Assembly (NCBI GenBank): GCA_037447605.1 | Contig: CM074814.1 | Coordinates: forward strand, 868,001-932,000 | Source of the DNA: Zygnema circumcarinatum SAG 698-1b | Lineage: Eukaryota > Plantae > Zygnematophyceae | Length of the DNA stretch: 64,000 nt | Direction: 5' to 3' | Part shown: piece after piece, positions 63,701 through 64,000 of the stretch | How positions within the stretch are numbered: the first letter of the stretch is position 1 | Layout: the number at the start of each line of letters is the position of its first letter | Notes under the pieces: model-generated | What the model saw: only the letters and a program-made list of their open reading frames with translations | Databases searched by the model: none | What the model was told of the DNA's origin: nothing | Translations under genes and position numbers: made by a program

Positions 63701-64000
63701 TCTCATTCCCTTGTCCGTGAAAGCTACTTCTGAATGCTAACTATTAGAAGCTCGAGATTTCTGGCTAAACCAGGCTACGTACTGTTGAACGCTCAACCAA
63801 ACTGAGCACATCCCTTCAAGTCCATGATGCATGCGTCATTCTCTGCACTATCCCTCACTAAGCAATTGTCTGTGTCTGTGTACACTAAATGCAGTGTACC
63901 CATGGACAAGGAGGAGGAAGTGATCGTGGACTACTCTACCGACCAACTTGTCACAGACCTCAAGTTCCAAAACGACATTTTGACGAAGATTGCCAAGGCC
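48748..64000 (+). CDS. GWD1: Alpha-glucan water dikinase GWD1 (SEX1/R1), multi-exon, 3'-truncated by the window edge
   Basis: Transit-peptide-like N-terminus; CBM45-type HWG motifs; two IP.DL..IQ.Y..WERNGK.NY repeats; RYMATRQLIWNKNYNVKPR; catalytic PDMPDILSHVSVRARNSK (His codon 60140-60142); redox motif CFATC (60533-60547); WASKWNERAYFSTRK; DSNGEDLEGYAGAGLYD. Confidence 0.97.

Noticed and set aside
37225-64000. Functional cluster of plastid genes (CBSPPR1, GWD1) with ChaC
   Set aside because: These are ordinary conserved genes with no shared pathway evident; adjacency alone is not evidence.

Overview
Eukaryotic, intron-rich streptophyte (green plant lineage) nuclear DNA; the species cannot be determined from the sequence. 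Left part (1-35.2 kb) is an accessory, duplication-rich region. It holds the 3' part of a GT92/GALS-like glycosyltransferase, four paralogous minus-strand genes resembling fungal CipC/DUF3759, a three-LTR tandem Ty1/copia retrotransposon with one shared 5-bp TSD, and a gap-bounded degenerate copia fragment that is probably mis-scaffolded. It ends in two tandem Na+/H+ antiporter (NHX/NHE, CPA1) genes, each apparently spliced in frame to a C-terminal PsbP-like domain. Right part (37-64 kb) is conserved housekeeping: a PPR+CBS gene (At5g10690/CBSPPR1-like), a ChaC/GGCT2 gamma-glutamylcyclotransferase built of micro-exons, and alpha-glucan water dikinase GWD1, which runs off the window. Best candidates for novelty: (1) the duplicated NHX-PsbP fusion; (2) the CipC-like cluster, whose homologous intron 2 has GT, GA, GC and GA donors in the four copies. 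All exon structures were inferred by hand from splice signals and reading frame. Family assignments rest on recalled motifs; no database search was run.
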